Virus record (IMG/VR): IMGVR_UViG_3300037883_000041
From: a virus
Taxonomy: Duplodnaviria > Heunggongvirae > Uroviricota > Caudoviricetes
Strand: one strand, 5' to 3'
Length of the DNA: 10,981 bases
The first letter of the stretch is position 1, and the number at the start of each line of letters is the position of its first letter. This document shows positions 6,455 through 10,981 of the stretch, piece after piece. A program made the translations under genes and the position numbers. The notes under the pieces were generated by a model that ran no database searches, was not told the origin of the DNA, and worked only from the letters and a program-made list of their open reading frames with translations.

Positions 6455-7834
6455 GTGGAAGAAGAAGTCATCGAAGCAACGGTGGAAACACCGGAAGTGC
6501 CGACCGAAACGGTGCTCCTGACCGAAGACGTCGAATGCACGCGCATGAACCGTCAGCTGGAGCGTCTGGAAAGCCTGCGTGGTCAACTGGTCGAGAACAA
6601 GCAACTCACCAGTGAAGTCGCGCTGGAGCATCAGGCTTTGACCGGCAGTGATTCACTGGTGGATGCGTACTTCAGTCCGGCTGCCAAGCAGAAGAAGTAC
6701 CAGATCGCCTCGGAAGGCCTTCTGCAGACCACCCAGACGCTACTCAAAAAGGCGAAGGACCTGCTCTGGAACATGATCGTCAAGGTCTTCAACTGGTTCC
6801 AGAAGCTCTTCATGGACAAGAAGCCGCTGACCGAAGCTGCTGTCGAAGCCGAGCATGCCAAGTTCAAGGAGTACGTGGGTCCGGTCGAACGGGCTGAACG
6901 GGTACCGAGTTCCCGGACAGCGATCATCGCAGCCGTGCGTGAAGCGGGTCTGGACGACAAGTACGTCGGTCAGTTGACGCCCGAGGAAATGGACATCTAC
7001 AACGAAGGTCGTTTCCATCAGGCAATGCAGCGGGTGATTCCGACGCTCAAGGGCTTTGACGTGTACGACGTCGTGGTTGCGCTGGAGAACTGGCACAAGA
7101 AGGCCTTGAAGGATGCTGAGATCTTCGATAGCGAGAATGGTCAGTTGGATGACGAGGTGATCGAACGCAAGCTCGAGATCTGGAAGAAGGACACCATGCG
7201 GGCGTTGGAGTCCGCTACCCAGATGTCGAAGTCGGTCATGGAAGTGCGTCTGCAGGCCTACCAGCTGGCTGTGGAAGAGCGTCGTAAGCTCAAGGTCGAT
7301 CCGCATTTCCATCTGGGCACGGATCTCTCCGGCATCATGCATCGTGGTCTGCGCATCTTCGATCAATCCGGCTACAAGCAAGTTGGCGACGGCATGCGTG
7401 ACGTCCATACAGGTCTCACCAAGACCGTGAAGCAATTGCAGACGTTGCGTCAGAACGCCGAGGTCGAATTGCAACAGATGCAGATGGGCGGCAGCAACAG
7501 CGTCATGAGTGCGCCGGGTGCGCGCAAGCCTGCAGCTGAGTTTGTTGAAGCGACGTTCATGAAGGAAGTGAACCGCATCATCTCGACGTTGCATCAATGC
7601 GTCCAGTCGGTGCAGTTGCTCAACAACTACTTCTCCTTCGTGGTGTCGTCCACACGTACAATCCTCAAGTACGTGCAGGAAACGGCCGTAGAGGCGATGA
7701 AGTACGGCGGTGATGTCAAGAGCTTGAACGAAGTCGCGCGCCGCGCTGAGGCCGGTGCAATCCAGCCTACAGAGACCGACCTCCAGAACAACCTGGGATC
7801 GAACTACGATACCAAGCTGGGTGACGGTAGCTAA
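6455..7834 (+). CDS. Putative phiKZ-like internal head protein, 459 aa
   Basis: GTG start with AAGGAG at 6443-6448. The acidic N-terminus has ALE(56-58) and ASE(85-87)|GLLQTTQTLLKKAKDLLWNMIVKVFNWFQKLF, the X-X-E|G-then-amphipathic-helix layout I associate with phiKZ internal head proteins. Confidence 0.75.
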   Translation: MEEEVIEATVETPEVPTETVLLTEDVECTRMNRQLERLESLRGQLVENKQLTSEVALEHQALTGSDSLVDAYFSPAAKQKKYQIASEGLLQTTQTLLKKAKDLLWNMIVKVFNWFQKLFMDKKPLTEAAVEAEHAKFKEYVGPVERAERVPSSRTAIIAAVREAGLDDKYVGQLTPEEMDIYNEGRFHQAMQRVIPTLKGFDVYDVVVALENWHKKALKDAEIFDSENGQLDDEVIERKLEIWKKDTMRALESATQMSKSVMEVRLQAYQLAVEERRKLKVDPHFHLGTDLSGIMHRGLRIFDQSGYKQVGDGMRDVHTGLTKTVKQLQTLRQNAEVELQQMQMGGSNSVMSAPGARKPAAEFVEATFMKEVNRIISTLHQCVQSVQLLNNYFSFVVSSTRTILKYVQETAVEAMKYGGDVKSLNEVARRAEAGAIQPTETDLQNNLGSNYDTKLGDGS

Positions 7835-7878
7835 CGCTTCGGCGTCATAGAGGCAGGGGGTAACCCCTGCCTCCTATG
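7834..7878. terminator. Tandem hairpins between convergent genes, probable bidirectional terminator
   Basis: acgc-ttcg-gcgt (7834-7845), then gaggcagggg-gtaa-cccctgcctc (7850-7873, perfect 10-bp stem, GNRA loop), extendable by catag/ctatg. Lies between the stops of 6455..7834 (+) and 7885..8235 (-). Confidence 0.75.
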
Positions 7879-7884
7879 CCCTCG

Positions 7885-8235
7885 TTAATGAGGCGTGAGC
7901 GGATTGATGGTGACCACCGACTCTTGTGTGTTGGCGAAGTTAAACGCCGTGTCCAGTACGATGCGCTGATACAGACAGTCTGCATCTTGACCGTCCGAGA
8001 TCAGGATGTCGACTCGTCCCTGCTTGCCTGGAATGTTAGTCGGATCTTCGGCGTACGGTAGGGTTGTGGGGCGCACCAGCACGATCTTGACGATGATCGG
8101 GAAGGTGTAGCCAATCAAAGCCAGAATGCTGTAAGCGACCGTCGTGGTCGAACAGTTAGCCAGCAGCCAGGTACGCAGACCATCGAGGTCAGTCAGTGAT
8201 TCAGGGACAGTGATCGGGGTAGGGGTCGTTGCCAT
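7885..8235 (-). CDS. Hypothetical protein, ~116 aa (start revised from 8241 to 8235)
   Basis: On the - strand AAAGGA overlaps the first ATG (8241) but sits 5 nt upstream of the second ATG (8235), so MATTPTP... is the more likely N-terminus. No family recognised. Confidence 0.7.
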   Translation of the reverse strand: MATTPTPITVPESLTDLDGLRTWLLANCSTTTVAYSILALIGYTFPIIVKIVLVRPTTLPYAEDPTNIPGKQGRVDILISDGQDADCLYQRIVLDTAFNFANTQESVVTINPLTPH

Positions 8236-8271
8236 GAGCATCCTTTAGTGGTATTCCTCATGGGATAAACC

Positions 8272-8324
8272 AAAAAAAAAAGAGGGCTGATACAGGCGGA
8301 CCCGAAGGTCCGCCCATATGCCCT
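8272..8324 (-). terminator. Intrinsic terminator: long UUCG hairpin followed by U10
   Basis: - strand reads agggc-atatg-ggcggacc-ttcg-ggtccgcc-tgtat-ca-gccct-c-T10. The G-U pairs work only on the - strand. Lies just after the stop of 8331..9992. Confidence 0.85.
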
Positions 8325-8330
8325 AAAGCA

Positions 8331-9992
8331 TTACGACCAGCGCGCACGACCAGTCGGCGAACCAACCGGAGTGATTGCATCCATCGGTACGACCTGTTGC
8401 AGATGGACCACGCCAGATTGCGACACCGCACGCATGAGCAGACCGTGCATCATGTTGAACTCGAACTGATACATCAGCTGGCCATGAGCCTGCGGATTCA
8501 CTTGCTCGCGAACCACGTACATACGAGCAAGCACATCCGTGACGGTGATGTCAAGTGTGCGGATGTTTTCGATCAATGCCTTCAGGATACGGCCATAGCT
8601 ATCGAGATTGAAGGTCGACAGTTTGGCTTCTTCCATGAACGGCGTTTGCATCGCCGGACCCCACGCGTGCTGCTGCGTGAACTGCGGGCCTTGCGGACCT
8701 TGACCAAAGCGATGTTGACCACCCATACCACTCCAACCGCCGCCCCAGTGCTGACCGCCCAACCCGCCCCAGCCACGCCGCTGACCGTGGTGTGAACCCA
8801 TGCGAACTGACGTATCGGCATCCAGCGCGACACGATCGACAGTCTCCACGTAGTCAATGTTCACCAAACCATCCATCAGCGTCAGACCATTGACCGGCTT
8901 CAGGAAGACCGTATTCAGGTTCAGTGCCCCTACGAAGCGCTCACCGGTGAAGAGCTCAAGTCGCACTTGCCCAATCGGCGTAGGGCCGCCGACAAGACCC
9001 GGACCATACAGACGGCACAGTCGATACCCGATTTTGCCAGGGATGACCTCCGGGTTGGAAGGCGACGTGAGCATCTGGTAGTGCTGGGTCAGCTCTGCAC
9101 TCGACGCTGCGGTGAGGTGTTGTTTCAGGGCATTGCGCAGTTCAGGTTCCGCTGCGTGAATCGTCGGCTCTCCTTCGCCTTCGCCGATGTTGATGTACTG
9201 ATAGACGCCCGCCTTGTAGGGCATTGCGTGCTCTTCCGGTTCATCACCTTTCGGGCGTTCAACAGAGACGATCGCTTCACCCCAGGATACGCCTCCCAGA
9301 TCCTTCCAGCCCGTCGTGATACGCAAGCGTCCGGCCCGTGACCACGATCCCTTGTCAGCAACCATGATCTCGACTATCAGCGCACCACTTTGGTCCTTGA
9401 AGTCGTTCTTCATCGGCGTATCGATACGTACGATGTTAAAGAGACGGCTCGCAAAGAGACGCGGACGGTCTGCACCATGACCGATCGGGTAATCGTCAAT
9501 GATGTTCTTCACGATGTCCACCAACCATGCGTAGTTGGTCGCGCTGAATCCAGCGCGCAGCAGGAACTGCACGAAACGCGCTTCGTCCAGATACATCGGC
9601 GGGGCGATCATGAGGTGCTCTTCCGGACGAACGGCTTCCTTGCCAGGCATCCACAGCGTGATGCTTTCGATGTACTCGTACGTCTTGTCGTCATCGTCGC
9701 GAGCGCTCGTCTTGAAGAACAAGTAGTCGTTGAGGACCGAGGATACACGCAAGATGTCCGGGCGCTCCTCGGCGCGGATGATCTGGATCACTGCGTCATC
9801 GGCTTTGATACCGTTGGCTTCGACCCAGGTCAGGAAGAGCTTCAGATCATCCTGACATTCCTTACGTTCGCGATCAGGGTCGTCTGCGTGCACACCGATG
9901 CCGCGATGCGCGAGAATCAGCGCTTCGACGGTCGCAGGTGTGACCAGGGTTTCGGGAATGTCGATACGGATGATGCCGTCAGTCTTAATCAT
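8331..9992 (-). CDS. Hypothetical protein, 553 aa, with a Gly/Gln/Trp/His-rich low-complexity segment (aa 399-449)
   Basis: ATG with AGGAG at 10000-10004 (7-nt spacer), long ORF with normal codon style, terminator downstream. No family recognised. Confidence 0.85.
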   Translation of the reverse strand: MIKTDGIIRIDIPETLVTPATVEALILAHRGIGVHADDPDRERKECQDDLKLFLTWVEANGIKADDAVIQIIRAEERPDILRVSSVLNDYLFFKTSARDDDDKTYEYIESITLWMPGKEAVRPEEHLMIAPPMYLDEARFVQFLLRAGFSATNYAWLVDIVKNIIDDYPIGHGADRPRLFASRLFNIVRIDTPMKNDFKDQSGALIVEIMVADKGSWSRAGRLRITTGWKDLGGVSWGEAIVSVERPKGDEPEEHAMPYKAGVYQYINIGEGEGEPTIHAAEPELRNALKQHLTAASSAELTQHYQMLTSPSNPEVIPGKIGYRLCRLYGPGLVGGPTPIGQVRLELFTGERFVGALNLNTVFLKPVNGLTLMDGLVNIDYVETVDRVALDADTSVRMGSHHGQRRGWGGLGGQHWGGGWSGMGGQHRFGQGPQGPQFTQQHAWGPAMQTPFMEEAKLSTFNLDSYGRILKALIENIRTLDITVTDVLARMYVVREQVNPQAHGQLMYQFEFNMMHGLLMRAVSQSGVVHLQQVVPMDAITPVGSPTGRARWS

Positions 9993-10059
9993 TGTAATTC
10001 TCCTGTAGTGTTCGGGGTGTTAGTTGCGGCTTAGCGGTTCGTGAGGATCTTCTGCGCCC

Positions 10060-10434
10060 TTATTTCGGAAAGCGGATGGTTGAGCTCGTAGCCGCCGAGA
10101 CATTGTCATGCGTGAGGATGGTGAAGAAGAAAGTCGCCACATCCGCACCGAGGAGCTCAATACCCTTCAGGAAGACCTTCCAGGTAATGACGGGCTGCAT
10201 CAGTTCTCTGGACAGATTTGCACGCAGTGAGGTATGGTCCGCGCTTGCATCAAGGATACGTCCACGCGCACCGATCGTCTTGACGATGTATGCGTCCAGC
10301 AGCATATCCCAGAGTTCCGGTGTCATATTCCTGGCGCGGACTAAGGAGCGGAATTGGGAAGCCAGCAACTGTTCCGGCTCCACAGCCGCAAGTGGCTCCA
10401 ACAGTGTAGCGACGATGACTTCTGCATTGCTCAT
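10060..10434 (-). CDS. Small alpha-helical hypothetical protein, 124 aa, with an R-x-N-L ... TWKVF-x-K-G motif
   Basis: ATG with AAGGAG at 10441-10446 (6-nt spacer). LRANLSRELMQPVITWKVFLKGIELLG resembles, from memory, a conserved unknown-function family in phiKZ-like phages (unverified). Confidence 0.75.
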   Translation of the reverse strand: MSNAEVIVATLLEPLAAVEPEQLLASQFRSLVRARNMTPELWDMLLDAYIVKTIGARGRILDASADHTSLRANLSRELMQPVITWKVFLKGIELLGADVATFFFTILTHDNVSAATSSTIRFPK

Positions 10435-10460
10435 GGTACTCTCCTTGTTTCCGAATAGAT

Positions 10461-10496
10461 GAAAGAAGACGAGACCCCTTCCGCAAGAGGTCCCGT
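10461..10496 (-). terminator. Probable intrinsic terminator after the last gene
   Basis: - strand acgggacctctt-gcgg-aaggggtctcgt forms a 12-bp stem with two G-U pairs, followed by cttctttc. Confidence 0.55.
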
Positions 10497-10504
10497 GCGT
10501 TACT

Positions 10505-10981
10505 TTACAGCTTGATGCCGAAATAGGTGTAGTTGCCGTTCGGCTCCTTCGCGTCGATCACCAGCTCGACACCGTCGACGAACGTGAACTCGAACGTCGC
10601 GCCCGTGGCCGTACCGTGGTAGGTGCGATCCATGAACTCGATCGTGTTGTTCACGCGATCTGCCAGGTCAGCCGTCGACAGCAACGGCAACACACCCATG
10701 AGCGTACCCTTGAAGAACTCGAACGAGTCCGACTGGAACTTCGTCACACCCATACCCAGACTATCCTTCGGTTGCTTACCGACGACAGCCTGTTCGTTCG
10801 CTTCTTTTGCATGGCCCGGAGCCGCACCGATGGTTTCCAGCGTTTCCACCCGCGCCTGTTCACGTGCTGCTTCGGTACGGGCCTTCAGTTCGTCAGCCGC
10901 TTGGCATTCGACGCTCTGGATGAGCTCGACGTTGCGGTCGTTGAACGTGTCGGAACCGAGACCGGTGATCAGGTCAAACGT
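10505..10981 (-). CDS. Hypothetical protein, 5'-truncated by the window edge
   Basis: I translated the frame from 10981 to 10850 (TFDLITGLGSDTFNDRNVELIQSVECQAADELKARTEAAREQAR) and found no stop, so the GTG at 10849 in the ORF track is probably internal. Confidence 0.8.
   Translation of the reverse strand, partial: TFDLITGLGSDTFNDRNVELIQSVECQAADELKARTEAAREQARVETLETIGAAPGHAKEANEQAVVGKQPKDSLGMGVTKFQSDSFEFFKGTLMGVLPLLSTADLADRVNNTIEFMDRTYHGTATGATFEFTFVDGVELVIDAKEPNGNYTYFGIKL

Noticed and set aside
8239-8241. ATG at 8241 as start of the small - strand gene
   Set aside because: The Shine-Dalgarno-like AAAGGA overlaps this ATG; its spacing fits the ATG at 8235.
8272-8281. A10 homopolymer as a phase-variation or slippage site
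   Set aside because: It is intergenic and directly follows a - strand hairpin, so it is fully explained as the terminator U-tract.
8646-8798. Homology to mammalian prion protein octarepeats (PHGGGWGQ)
   Set aside because: Only compositional resemblance. No exact octarepeat is present, and convergence of low-complexity sequence is far more likely.
8397-10462. + strand ORFs 8397..8795, 8967..9341, 9390..10034 and 10076..10462
   Set aside because: Shadows of the - strand genes, which have the strong AGGAG/AAGGAG sites and the downstream terminators.
10847-10849. GTG start for 10505..10849
   Set aside because: The frame stays open to the window edge and there is no evident RBS, so the gene most likely starts upstream of the window.
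1-10981. CRISPR array, tRNA/rRNA, transposase, integrase, intron or intein
   Set aside because: No regularly spaced direct repeats, cloverleaf-like segments or recognisable catalytic motifs were seen. The intergenic gaps are short (under 110 nt) and largely accounted for by hairpins and RBSs.

Overview
This window is best read as part of a large, GC-rich phage genome of the phiKZ-like (Chimalliviridae-type) jumbo phage group. The assignment is inferred from protein motifs and was not checked by database search. The left block (+ strand, 1-7834) is a co-directional run of probable head/ejection proteins. Four of them carry candidate (S/A/G)-X-E prohead-protease sites, mostly in acidic N-terminal propeptides, and a possible ADP-ribosyltransferase-like gene sits among them. 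The standout is 158..2782: a clear paralog of the neighbouring head protein 2850..4283 whose core is flanked on both sides by SMI1/KNR4 (SUKH) immunity-type domains, with protease-consensus sites at each domain junction. It looks like a capsid-packaged polyprotein that could release two toxin/nuclease-inhibitor domains into the infected cell. The right block (- strand, 7885-10981) holds four uncharacterised genes, one with a Gly/Gln/Trp/His low-complexity segment. Three intergenic GC-rich tetraloop hairpins share a flanking TATGCC motif. I saw no tRNA, rRNA, CRISPR array or mobile-element gene.
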